Assembly: GCF_004010195.1 (NCBI RefSeq)
Contig: NC_057719.1
Span: 7,026,964 to 7,046,963 of the forward strand
Length of the DNA stretch: 20,000 bases
Direction of reading: 5' to 3'
From: Chiloscyllium plagiosum
Taxonomy: Eukaryota
Shown here: piece after piece, positions 1 through 11,241 of the stretch
How the letters are laid out: each line of letters opens with the position of its first letter
How positions within the stretch are numbered: the stretch's first letter is position 1
Notes under the pieces: model-generated
Told to the model about the DNA's origin: nothing
Databases searched by the model: none
Seen by the model: the letters and a program-made list of their open reading frames with translations, nothing else
Program-made: the position numbers and the translations under genes

Positions 1-2
1 CC

Positions 3-89
3 ATCAGACCTGACCCTCTGGGAACCCCACCCAATTGGACTCAATCCAATTTCCCTCCTCCTCCTGTAGTTCAATTTTCACCTGTTTAA
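3..89 (+). CDS. Possible 3' end of a host-gene terminal coding exon (…IRPDPLGTPPNWTQSNFPPPPVVQFSPV*), protein not recognised
   Basis: Frame 3 is open from the window edge to TAA at 87-89 and encodes a Pro-rich peptide. It is followed by ~950 nt of AT-rich, UTR-like sequence and an AATAAA. Too short to be certain, and no homology recognised. Confidence 0.3.
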   Translation: MRPDPLGTPPNWTQSNFPPPPVVQFSPV

Positions 90-480
90 AGTGGATGGAT
101 GGATACAGCCAAGCAAATAATGACTTTCAGAATTCCAGACCATGGACCTATGCAACCTTCGGTATAATAATGAAAAAAATTTGGTTTGTACAAGAAAGTT
201 GAATGAGGAACTTCCTAAGCTTATCAATTTGGCTCAGGTCATTTGAGATGTAAGCAATAGAGAGACTATTTAAACACTCCACCGATGGTGACTGAAATTT
301 CCTGATCGGATACTTGCACGTGCCAGCAAAAGGGCCCTGCCACCTCATCCAGTCATTGTGCTTACTAAGCATTTTGCATAATGTTGATGTCATGTGGTGC
401 CTCCTTTCTGGCATCACTTTTGAAGAAGGACTGAGGCCAGTGACCAATATGTGACAAAGACTGAGCAAGTTGGCTGATTT

Positions 481-557
481 TAGAGTCATGGAGTCATTGA
501 GATGTACAGCATGGAAACAGACTCTTCGGTGCAACTCGTCCATGCTGACCAGATATC
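481..557 (-). mobile_element. CR1 LINE 3' tail fragment
   Basis: Reverse complement reads gatatctggtcagcatggacgagttgcaccgaagagtctgtttccatgctgtacatctcaatgactccatgactcta. This matches the CR1 3' ends at ~10005-10077 and ~17290-17314, including the short-repeat tail. Confidence 0.85.
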
Positions 558-1031
558 TTGTTTTGCTATTTTATCTGCAAGTGTATCAGTAGAAATGATT
601 CATTAAATTTAAATTTTGCTGTATTTGAGTAAATTAGCATGTATTAAATAGTATCGTAAGAAATTGTTAATGGCAAGGTGAATCTCTAACGTAAAGCAAA
701 AGTTAAGTTTGCAGTCGTTTGTATTTTGTTTATTGAAGTAATTCTGAAGCTGATGCAACAATGTCACAATGTTCATACATAGGTTTGCATAACCATCTGC
801 TCTATAAATTTGAAGTTTTTTTACAAGGGAACAGCGACTTCAAAAATCTGTTTTACAAACAGCTCCTTTGGTGCAAATTCCTCCTTCCTCTTGTCTGACC
901 TAATGTGTGTGTATTGTTGATTTATTTAGACTTAAATAACGAGAGTTGCAAGTCACGAATGCTACCTGCACAACTATATTATATTGACTGCAAAATCTTT
1001 TAAATACACTATTTGTGACATGTCCAATTCC

Positions 1032-1037
1032 AATAAA
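1032..1037 (+). promoter_or_regulatory. Candidate polyadenylation signal AATAAA
   Basis: AATAAA followed by T/GT-rich sequence, ~940 nt after the putative stop codon. The hexamer is common in AT-rich DNA. Confidence 0.25.
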
Positions 1038-1350
1038 TCTGGTTTTGAGATCTGGAGTGCACTTAGGATTTATATTTATGATTTTGAAGTGTATTTGCTA
1101 ACATTGCTATGCCATGGTAGTGTGTGATGTGGGCATGGTCAGTTTTGAGTTTAAATTAATTGACTTAATGAAAGAGAATATCTGTAGACACAAGGTTTTG
1201 TTTTTGCAGATATCCTTGGACTGATGTTTCGAATAGATGTTCTTTGGCTTCGAGCTGTAACCGAAAGGCTTAAACATAACAGTGACTGCTTTAAAGCAGT
1301 TCATTGCATACCTAGCTCTGCATGACATTGAGGAGATGTGATGAGGCAAG

Positions 1351-1503
1351 TTTGCCTTTCTGTTCCTTTTTCTCCATTTTTGCTTTATTTTCTTGTTTCT
1401 TTCCTTTTGTTTTTCCTTTTCTCCCCATTTCTCACTTATTTTCCATTTGCACACTTGTCTACCCATTTGCCTTCCATCCCTCCTTTTGTCTAACAATCTT
1501 TCT
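1351..1503. repeat. Pyrimidine-rich (T/C) low-complexity tract
   Basis: Runs such as ttttctccatttttgctttattttcttgtttctttccttttgtttttccttttctcccc. Confidence 0.7.
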
Positions 1504-2657
1504 GGCTCATCTTTAAATTCAGAATTGCATGCATTCCATAGTTTCTTTTCTTTGCGTGTAATATTGTAATAATTTTTATTTCCTTAGACTTTACATTTGA
1601 TTGAAATTATTGGGTTTTTGGACCTTGTTTCTTAGTCATGCTGATAAAGCACTTTTTCTCTTGCTTGGGTTTTCAAAAACCGTAAATATTTAAAGACCTT
1701 TTTATAAACAGTTTAACGATAAGACATAATTACTGAGATTTTGTATATTTTTTGTAACTGCAAGAATTCAGGTAGAAGAATGTAGAGTATGTTGTTTGTG
1801 AATTTATTAAGGTGTAAGAAGGACTAAATGGTTCACTTCATCCAAGAAAAGAAGTTATAGATTTAAGCTTCATATCACTGCATCACTTGTAGTGGAAGTT
1901 AAACATCAGTAATCCATTGATTGGGCCAACAAATTAGGTAACACAAGAGTGAGCAGTGTTTGGATATTATGTGTACACACTGTCTCAATAAATACTAAAG
2001 ATTGCATGGTATCAAAACAAAGGCCAGATTATTTACAAGCACCCAGATGCACCTATTGTTATTTCAGTCAGATTATAGTGGTAACACAGCTAATTTCAAG
2101 CTAAATAAAGAGGAACATTACCTGAGTGTGCTGACTTCAGCCAAAAGCAGTGTAAAAGGCTATTGAACAAGTTCCAAAAGAGAGACAGACTTGCGTCCGC
2201 ATTGGGCCCTTCATGGGTACAGGAATTTTCAAGTGCTTTATAGTTATTGAAGTGTAGCCATTGTTTTAATGCAGGAAACATTAAACAGACTCCCACGTGC
2301 AGCAATTTCATATTGAACAGGCAGCTGGTTTTTGTAATCTGACTGAGTTATCATCATTGGGCAAACTGAGGACTGATCCCCTGTGCTACTTAGTCTATGG
2401 TGGTGGGATCATTTATATCAACTTGAGAGGGAACATGGAGCCTCTGTCCAGGATGTACAGGCCTCCTGGATTTTTCAGGACAGCTCTGTATTGTATGGCT
2501 GTGACCTAGATTGGATCCTGGATGATGTTTGTCCTGTAATTTGTTCTTTATGCATATTCAATACAACTTTGATCATGCACACTACTTGCTTCCCTCTCCT
2601 CAATACTCATTTAATGAAAAGTGTTACTTAATTTCTTGCCCAAGAATATGTCATCCT

Positions 2658-2820
2658 ACCTTGATTTAACATCTCATTTGAAAGTTGGAACCGCATGTTT
2701 TATGCTTCACTCCCTCATGATGGCCGTAGTCAATCCCCCTTGATTTTTATCTTCAAGTCCTGCTGTGGACCTTAAACTCCATTTTCTGACTTCAAGGTGA
2801 GATTAGTACCAACTGAGTTG
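2658..2820 (-). mobile_element. Old tRNA-headed DeuSINE (SacSINE1-like) remnant, 5' part
   Basis: ccttgatttaacatctcatttgaaag…cactccctca…tcaagtcc…gtggaccttaaac…ttctgacttcaaggtgagattagtaccaactgag resembles the reverse complement of the DeuSINE tRNA head plus Deu domain as recalled. Heavily diverged. Confidence 0.55.
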
Positions 2821-3658
2821 CTTCCATGTGTGTAAAAGATTTACCAATGAAAGATGTTTGATTTCTAACTATTCTTGAAACTATAAATCCTTTTGTCTTG
2901 ATCCAGTATGTCATAAACCTTAAATGCTTCTACAATGAACACCTGAAAGACCTAAATCTCAACTAATTAAATATGGACATTACCTTTGTTCCAGGGAACA
3001 CTCTCATCACTTTGTGTGTTAGCTTATCAATAACAGTTGTCTCTCTGTTCCACCGTGGACAAACCAAATATGATTAACGTGATCAGAATGTTCATTATCT
3101 TTCCTCCATTATCTTGGTTTCCCTTAGCCAAACTAGGCTGTTGAATCTTGATTCCAAACAATGATACAAAATGCATCACTAACAAACTATCCTTCATTTG
3201 AAAGAAGCATTTTGGAAGTCACCTGATAAGTCATTTTGTTATCTACTTTTAAACCCAGCAGAAGTCGCTTGCGAAGAGACAGAATGTCACCAAAAGCCAT
3301 CAAACAATCTACAAGTCATCTGAGCAGCAAAGGTCATAATACCTTGTGGGAGCTATTACCAGAGAGAATGAACCCCATTCCATGTTTTCCAATGTCAAAT
3401 TCACCTGAGAACTCACCTTCTGGAAATTTGTGTTAAAGAAAGTTTGCAGCTTATTGATAATCCTTTTTCTTTACAAGACTTTAACTTCTCGTTTAAAGTG
3501 TTACTTTCATCTAGTCTCAAATTTCAAAAAATAAATTGAGGAGACTGCCTCAAAAACAACCATAAAGGGGTTTATAAGTTGCAGCTATATTTTACTCATC
3601 TGAACCTAACAATTGTGTAAAATCAGTGAGATATTGCATTAAAATCTGCGTCTGGTGT

Positions 3659-3785
3659 GCCTGATGAAGAGTTTACGCCCGAAAAATCAACTTTCCTGCT
3701 CCTCAGATGCTGCCTGACCTGCTGTGCTTTTCCAGCATGACATTCTTGACTCTGATCGCCAGCATCTGCGGTCCTCACTTTCTCC
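3659..3785 (+). mobile_element. Solo Penelope-like terminal (pLTR) fragment with decayed hammerhead motif
   Basis: cctgatgaagagtttacgcccgaaa…gatgctgcctgacctgctgtgcttttccagc…tcctcactttctcc is homologous to 10717-10925 and to the PLE 3' end at 19582-19677. Confidence 0.85.
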
Positions 3786-4779
3786 CAAAAGTAAATAACC
3801 CTCATTTTTAAAGCTTTCATAAAGCTTGTTATTTAATGGGAAAGCACTCTGGGCAAGAACCGTCACACCCACAAATACTGATCAGTGGTAATAAAAAGGA
3901 ATCCAATAATGCAAGTATCCTCCTCTAGATGCTTTATTTCTGATTAAAGAAAAGTACTGAGGTAATCATTTTTGTATTAAAGGTAGTTGATACTTTTAGT
4001 AACTAATTATGAAGATAATCAGTGAAGTCTGAATACTGTGTAGTCATTGTGGACAGATAAGTTAGTAGCTTTACACAAAACAATAAAAGTGTTAACATTT
4101 TTGCTACCTTAGTTTCTTTACCAGTCACCTTGTCTGTTTCTATCTTGAAGTTTCTCAGTCAGCAACTTATTCTTAAAAAAATCACAAAGGAAATGTAAAG
4201 ATTATTGTCATCAAATACTTGCACATTTTTATTCTATTCAAGTAGTGGTCCCTGTGATGGTATTCTATGCAGTTGAAATTATTTTTATGTTGTTATGTCA
4301 GAACTGTGGTTTTAGAAGAAGTTGAATAAATTGGAACAGTAACAAATGTTCCACAGTGTAATCCATGTTATTTGTGGTACAAACTGCTCGTAGAGAGGGA
4401 GTTTGGAATTGTAATTGTGGGTGACCAATATTCCTTCAAATATTGTCCAATTAGTATTCTCAGTTCAATAAAAGTGTGTTGTTATGTAATATGTAAGAAA
4501 ATTTACAAGCCTGCCATATGCAATAAATACAAATGACAAATAAGAATGCTGTTACTGTTAGGTTGTTTGATCTGAACTAGTCAAAAGTTGTTTACTATTA
4601 TTTATACTAGAATTTATTATTTAATAAATCTAGTGAGAATCAACCCAAGGGGGAAAAGAAAACAGTACTGCAAAGCAAATTGTGCGTTCTTGATTCTGTC
4701 ATAAACATTTTCCAGCATAGTCAAAATGAAACCTGTGACCAGATTTAGAGAAAGTTATCACTTCTTTTGTTTTAAATCT

Positions 4780-5320
4780 ACAAGACAGAAGCAGGTAATT
4801 TTGCCCACATGCTCAGTGGACGTTTTACTTGTCACGAAAGCTCTATCCCATCTGACATCATCTCATCCTTTTTAAGTATGTCCCTCTAATCTTCGTGCTT
4901 ACCTTAAAGGCATCTATGCAATTCATCTCAGCTACTCCCCGTGATGGTCAGCACCACAACCTATGATTAGAATTGTGGTATGATTGCAGCACAGTTTTTA
5001 TGCTGCTTTTCTGCAAGAAGAAATTACCTAATCCACTCTTCTATCCTTCTCTCATGACTGTGCAAATATTTTCTCAACAGATGCTTATACAACTTGCCTT
5101 TTGAAACCTCAGTGTTGTGTCCAACACACACAGACGCACACACACACAGATGCGCGCAGACACACGCAGACACGCACTCTCATGCTCAGACACACACACA
5201 CACACACACACTCTCTCTCTCTCATGCTCAGACACACAGACACTGGTGCACTTACAGATACTGACAGGTGCACACAATGCATTCCAGATCCAAGCCACAT
5301 TTTCAACCATTTGCAGTGTC
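4780..5320 (-). mobile_element. Highly decayed CR1-like 3' remnants, interrupted by a microsatellite
   Basis: Patchy similarity (agacagaagcaggtaattttgccc…, catctcagctactccccgtgatgg…, gcattccagatc) to minus-strand CR1 3' regions such as 13294-13520. Confidence 0.35.
5123..5243. repeat. Compound (CA)n/(CT)n microsatellite with duplicated ctctcatgctcagacacaca unit
   Basis: Directly visible. It explains the VCVC/HTHT ORFs. Confidence 0.95.
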
Positions 5321-5379
5321 TGTCTGATTAGTACAATGTGATGAATAGAGTTCTGTAAGTGTCTGTGCTGTGGCTTTGA

Positions 5380-6455
5380 TGTTTTACAATTTGAATCAAT
5401 GACTTGGTTGAGGGGAGTGAAGGCATGATAGCAAACTTTACAGACAATGCAGATAGTGAGGAAAGTGTGGTCTGAACAAGATGTAAAGGAATTGCAGACA
5501 AGTAGAGGTCGAGAAAATGGACTAAAATCTGGCAGATGATGCATGATGTGGGAAAATATGAATTTGTTCACTTTTAGTGATAATGTGAAAGAAAACTGAC
5601 TTAAATGGAAAACAATTAACAGAATTCCAAGGTGCAGAGGGGTCTAGGTGTTCTATGTGCGAAGTCACAAAGTTATTATGCAAATGAAACAAAAACAAAA
5701 ATTGGTTGAGAAATTCAGCATTCTGAAGCAGGATAGCTGGACCTGAAACATTAACTTTGCGTTAATCCACATTCTCTCCTCCAATGCTGTCAGATCTGCC
5801 GAGTTTTTCCAGCAATCTATGTTTTTGTTTTGGGTTTCCTGCATCCACATGTGTTTTAGTTTTTTTTAGTTATGTAGATAAAACAGAAATAAAGAAGGTT
5901 AGTGGGGTGCTCTGCTTTATAAGGGGAAATGAATGCAAAAGTAATGGTGTTACACTTCAGTTTTCAGGGTATTATTTCAGATCTGTTTTAGGAATTTTAT
6001 TTAAGGGAGGTTGTAAACACATTGAAGGCAGTTTAAAGTGGTTTGCAAGATTGAATCCAGGAGGAAGGTTTAACAGGCTGGCTTGTTTTCACGAAAGTTC
6101 ACAAGAGTGAGGGATGACTTAACTGAAGTGTATAAAATTCTGAGTGGTCTTGCCAAGGTAGATGTTGAAAGGATGTTTTGTGGGTCAGTCCAGAATGTTA
6201 GGCTTCTGCTTTATAATTAGAGGTTGCTCTTTCAGGATAGAGATGAGTTTTTTTTATCCTGAGGATTGACTTTGGAAATTTCAGTCTGAAAATGTTATAA
6301 GGCAGGCGGATAGGTACTTGTCAGGTAAAGGAATTGTGGGTTAGTGGGGCTCGATGGGAATGTGGAATTAGAAATACAAACAAATCAGCCACAAACTTGT
6401 TGAATGGCAGAGCAGGCTCAAGGGCTATTTTACTCTTGTTTTTATGTTTATGTGT
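5380..6455 (+). mobile_element. Old, decayed CR1 LINE (RT C-terminal half to 3' UTR)
   Basis: atcaatgacttgg…atagcaaactttacagacaatgc (INDL…KFADD-like), tggcagatg, gaagtgtataaaattctgagtgg and a 3' end gaatggcagagcaggctcaaggg, colinear with the CR1 at 7424-10077. Confidence 0.7.
5686..5869. mobile_element. Short PLE-terminus-like fold-back element inserted in the old CR1
   Basis: Inverted arms aaacaaaaacaaaaattgg…gaaattcagca and tgccgagtttttccagcaatctatgtttttgttt. Decayed hammerhead-like core ctgaagcagg…cctgaaacatt at 5723-5752. Possible TSD ttatgcaaat (5676-5685) / ttatgtagat (5870-5879). Confidence 0.6.
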
Positions 6456-6574
6456 TCTTTTGCTCACCACCTTCAATGTTTTCTGGTTCTTAACTATTCC
6501 TATTGATGGAAGCGTTTTGATCTTGTCCTGGTCCTCGTGATTTTGAACACCACTTTCTAAGCTTGGCTAAAGAC

Positions 6575-6647
6575 ACTGATTTTAAAGAACATCTTAAAGA
6601 AGAAAGTGAGTGAGCAAGGCAGAGAGTTGAAAGAGGAAATTCCAGGA
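6575..6647 (-). mobile_element. L2-like LINE remnant
   Basis: ttttaaagaacatcttaaagaagaaagtgag…gcagagag…gaggaaattccag resembles the antisense L2 RT 3' region as recalled. Short. Confidence 0.4.
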
Positions 6648-7011
6648 TGTTTAACGAGAATCAATAAGAAAATTCTAGCCATACCTTAGAGGTGAACAAA
6701 ATTCCTTAAACAGGAGCCAGTAGACAGATGAGTGAAAATGCTGGAGAAATGTGGCGAGTGGAATAGAGTTAATGTGTGTCTGATATAACTTCAGAATTCT
6801 TCGTCAACATAAATGATCCACTAAAACTCAGTGCATGCTTGAGGCACGGCATCTTGTCATCTGATCAGGCATTTTTCACACATTTCTGGATTCTGTTAAG
6901 TTTAGCAATTACTGACCATAAATCCCAGTTTGCTTTTATTTTGTGGTATGCCAATCTGAACCTTGGTTTTTCATGTTTTTGCTTTTGCTGTGCATTAATC
7001 TGCTTTTTTTA

Positions 7012-7055
7012 CAGGCACAGTTGGGCCGAATGGCCTATTTCTGTGCTATAAATTC
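7012..7055 (+). mobile_element. CR1/SINE 3' tail fragment
   Basis: ggcacagttgggccgaatggcctatttctgtgctataaattc is the conserved CR1 3' terminal stem motif. Confidence 0.65.
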
Positions 7056-7423
7056 AAAGCAATAATTTCCAGAAACAGTTGATATATGGACTTAATGCAA
7101 AGTTTTTTTTGCTTTGATTTTTTAAAAAAAGGAACAGTAATTAGAAATGTGTATTATGATTAAAGCAATAGATAAAGGGAATTTGCGGAAGATATTTTTA
7201 GAATTTGAGAATTGGATGCTAAGACTGAAAGTTCGTCTTTTTACTTGCCACTGTTAGACTTTGCAGTCAAGTTGCAGTCCATATATTTTTCTGTAGTGAT
7301 TGAGTTTGGAGCTGGAGGAGTTTGCCAGCTGTGTCATATCATGGTAGTAAATCACTGAGGAAGTGATCTTTAAAAAATTATTGATTCTTTCTCTCTCCAC
7401 CCACCAGCACCAACTTAAAAAAA

Positions 7424-10077
7424 ATACAAATTCTATAGGAAGGTCAGAAAGTGGGGTGAAAGAGGAGGAGTGTGGTGCTTTGGATAAGGGGTAGTATTAC
7501 TGTTGTACTTGAGGATATTCTGGGAATACATCCAGCAAAATTATTTGGGTGGAACTGAGAAATAAGAAAGGAATGATCACCTTATTGGGATTGTATTATA
7601 GACCCCCTAATAATTGAGAAACAAATTTGTAAGGAGATTTTTGTTATTTGTAAGAATAATAGGGTGATTATGGTAGGGGATTTTAACTTTCCAAGCATAG
7701 GCTGGGACTGCAACAGTATTAAGGGTTTAGATGGAAAGGAATTTCTTAAGTGTGTACAAGAAAATTTTCTGATTCAGTATGTGAATGTACCTACTGGAGA
7801 AGGTGCAAACCTTGACCTTCTCTTGGGAAGTAGGGCGGTGGGGGAGCACTTTGGGGCGAGCGACCATAATTCCATTAGATTTTAAAATAGTGATGGAAAA
7901 GGATAGACCAGGTCTAAAAGTTGAAGTTCTAAATTGGAGAAAGGCCAATTTTGACAGTATTAGGCAAGAACTTTCAAAAGCTGATTGTGTGCAGATGTTC
8001 GCAGGTAAAGGGATGGCTGGAAAATGGGAAGCCTTCAGAAATGAGAGTCCAGAGAAAGTATATTCCTGTCAGGGTGAAAGGAAAGGCTGGTAGGTACACG
8101 GAATGTTGGATGACTAAAGAAATTGAGGGTTTGGTTCAGAAAAAGAAGGAAGCATATGTAAGATATAGACAGGATAGATCGAGTGAATCCTTAGAGTATA
8201 ATGGCAGTAGGAGTATATTTAAGAGGGAAAACAGAAGAGCAAAAAGGGGACATAATTTAGCTTTGGCAAATAGGGCTAAGGAGAAACCAAAGAGATTTTG
8301 TAACTACCTTAAGTTCCAAAGGGTAACTAGGGAGAGAATAGGGACCCTTAAATCAAGGCAACTTGTGTGGAGCCTCAAGAGATGGGTAGATACTAAACTA
8401 GTATTTTGCATCAGGAGAAGGACATGGAAGATATAGAATGTGGGGAAATAGATGGTGACATCTTGAAAAATGTCCATATTACAGAGGAGGAGGTGCTGTA
8501 TGTCTTGAAACAGACAGACAGAAATGGATAAATCTCCAGGACCTGATCAGGTGTACCCTTGAATTCTGAGGGAAGTTAGGGACGTGATTGTTGGGTTCCT
8601 TGCTGAGATATTTGTATCATCGATAGTTGCAGGTAAGGTGCCGGAAGACTAGAGGTTGGCTAACATGGTACCTCTATTTTAAGAAAGGTGGTAAGGAAAA
8701 GCCAGGGAACTCCAGATCAGTGAGTCTGACGTCAGTGGTGGACAGGTTGTTTGGGTGGGGGTCCTGATGGACAGGATGTATATGTATTTGGAAAGGCGAG
8801 GACTGATTCAGGATAGTCAACATAGCTTTGTGCATGGGAAATCATGTCTCACAAACTTGATTGAGTTTTTTAAAGAAGTAACAAAGATGATTGATGAGGG
8901 CAGAGCGGTGGACGTGATCTATATGGACTTCAGTAAGGCGTTTGACAAAGTTCCTCATGGGAGACTGGTTAACCGGGTTAGATTTCATGGAATATAGGAA
9001 GAATTAGCCATTTGGATGCAGACTTGGCTTGAAGATAGAAGACAGAGGGTGGTGGTGGAGGTTATTTTTCAGATTGGAGGCCTGTGACCAGTGGAGTGCC
9101 ACAAGGATCGGTGCTGTGTCCACTGCTTTCCATCATTTATAAAATTATTTGGATGTGAACATAGGAGGTGTAGTTAGTAGGTTTGCCGATGACCCCAAAA
9201 TTGGAGTTGTAGTGGATAGCAAAGAAGGTTACCTCAGTACAATGGGAACTTGATCAGATGCACCAATGGGCTGATGGATTTTAATTCGGATAAATGTGAG
9301 GTGCTGCATTTTGGGAAAGCAAATCTTAGCAGGACCTATTCACTTAATGGTAAGGTCCTAGGGAGTGTTGCTGAACAAAGAGACCTTGGAATGCAGGGTC
9401 AAAGCTCCTTGAAAGTAGACTCGCAGGTAGATAGGATAGTGAAGGCGGTATTTGATATGCTTTTCTTTATTGGTCAGAGTATAGGAGTTGGAAGGTCATG
9501 TTGCGGTTGTACAGGACATTGGTTAGGCCACTTTTGGAATATTGCATGCAGTTCTGGTCTCTCTCCATTCAGAGAGATGTTGTGAAACTTGAAAGGGTAC
9601 AGAAAAGGTTTACAAGGATGTTGGCAGGGTTGGAGGATTTGAGCTATAGGGAGAGGCTGAACAGGCTGGGGCTGTATTCCCTGAAGCTTCAGCGGCTGAG
9701 GGGTGACCTTATAGAGGTTTATAAAATCATGAGGGTCATGGATAGGAACAATAGACAAGGTCTTTTCCCTGGGGTGGGGGAGTCTAGAACTAGAGGGCAG
9801 GGGTTTAGGGTGAGAGGGGGAAGATATAAAAGAGACCTAAGAGGCAACTTTTTCACTCAGAGGGTGTTGTGTGTATGGGATGAGCTGCCAGAAGAAGTGG
9901 TGGAGCTGATGCAATTGCAGCACTTAAAAGATATTTGGATGGGTATATGAATAGAAACTGTTTGGAGGGATATGGGCCAAGTGTTGGCAAATGGGATTAG
10001 ATTAGATATCTAATTGGCATGGACGTGTTGGACAGAAGGGCCTGGTTCCGTGATGTACATCTGTCTCTATATCTCTA
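7424..10077 (+). mobile_element. 5'-truncated, frameshifted CR1 LINE ORF2 (C-terminal APE endonuclease, RT, 3' UTR)
   Basis: ORF pieces MVGDFNFP…LDLLL…SDHN (APE), QHSFVHGKSCLTNL…YMDFSKAFDKVPH (RT), [24 protein letters not shown]…LERVQKRFTRM…RGDLIEVYKIM. Canonical 3' tail at ~10005-10077. Confidence 0.97.
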
Positions 10078-10713
10078 ACCCCTGGAGTGTACTTGAAAAT
10101 TCAAATCGGCTATTGTACTTTTTGCTTTAATGTATGCTAAGCCTGACATTAGAAATGGATAGATGGTCAAGTTTGTGTTCAGTTAGCTACTCCTATTTGA
10201 GTTGTAGGATATATTTGGTGTCGCACAGTATTTTGCTCTGCTAAGTGAATGATTTATTGTCACTTGCATTTTACAGTAAATAATACTGTAAAATACAAGG
10301 TAAAATACAATGAAATGTTTCAACAGTTGCCACAATCCAGTACCATTTTGAACAGGTAAAGAATAAAAGAAAAACTGAAAGATGGTCCTGAGCCAGTTCA
10401 TCAATGATATCGGTGCTGGCACCCTTCCTCCACCGTCTATGCCAGCACCAATGTAGCAGTTGCCACTCTTTAGGCCCCATTTTTGCGCTACTAGGCCCAT
10501 CTGGCCAATGGTGGGGCCCGTACTGAACCCACACATCCTGCAGCCAGGAGTCCCCAGCTCTGCTGCTATTTCGATGCCAGGAGTCTCAGCTCCGGGCACA
10601 TCACGCTGCTTCCTTGCCATTGCCAGGAGTCCCCACTCTGGGTCTACTGCAACTAGGAGTCCCTGGCTCCGCTGCCAGACCAAGTCACTACTGCCACTTT
10701 GCCAAGAGTCCAA

Positions 10714-10925
10714 TTTGGAGAAAGTGAGCACTGCAGATGCTGGAGATCAGAGCTGAAAAATGTGTTGCTGGAAAAGCGCAGCAGATCAGACAGCATCAAA
10801 GGAGCAGGAGAATCGATGTTTCGGGCATAAGCCCTTCTTCAGGAATCATTCCTGAAAACGTCGAGTCTCCTGCTCCTTTGTTGCTGCCTTACCTGCTGTG
10901 CTTTTCCAGCAACACACTTTTCAGC
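10714..10925. mobile_element. Palindromic head-to-head PLE-terminus mini-element with 10-bp TSD
   Basis: Arms 10752-10846 and 10848-10925 are inverted about base 10847 (ttcaggaat-c-attcctgaa). AAGAGTCCAA occurs at 10704-10713 and 10926-10935. Confidence 0.9.
10812..10846 (-). ncRNA. Minimal hammerhead ribozyme motif (one stem III substitution)
   Basis: Minus strand reads attc-CTGAAGA-A-GGGC-ttat-GCCC-GAAAC-ATC-gatt. Confidence 0.6.
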
Positions 10926-11241
10926 AAGAGTCCAACTTTGGCTGCCTTCCTCCAAGTTGTCACCTTGCGGTGCTGCCATCTTGATAAGTCCGCTGCTGCT
11001 GCCTCCGATCTCTGGAGGGGCTTTCCCTTCGCTGCCGCCAAACACTGGGAGGACAACCTGCTGCTTCCTCCACCTCCACTTCTAGACACCATGAGGATCC
11101 ACCTCCTCCATGACCTCTGACTGCTGGGAGGGGCTGAAATTCCATATGAGACTCTCTACTGCCTCGCCAATTTCACTGACTAACCCACCTCAAAAGGCTC
11201 TAAAGAAAAGAATGTAAGAAGAGTAGCAGAAATAAGAAAGT

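Noticed and set aside
148..543. 131-aa minus-strand ORF
   Set aside because: It starts inside a CR1 tail fragment and has no recognisable protein features.
1107..1516. Lys/Arg-rich and Phe-rich ORFs
   Set aside because: They are products of the pyrimidine-rich low-complexity tract.
2096..2631. Short ORFs as possible exons
   Set aside because: No recognisable domain or consistent splice-site pair.
5074..5571. Several overlapping ORFs rich in VC/HT
   Set aside because: They are translations of the (CA)n microsatellite and antisense CR1.
10543..10663. CRISPR-like repeat-spacer pattern
   Set aside because: Repeats are only ~12 nt, degenerate and irregularly spaced, the context is vertebrate, and there are no cas genes.
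10183..11145. Cluster of 60-180 aa ORFs on both strands
   Set aside because: GC-rich repeat and palindrome sequence with few stop codons and no recognisable domain.
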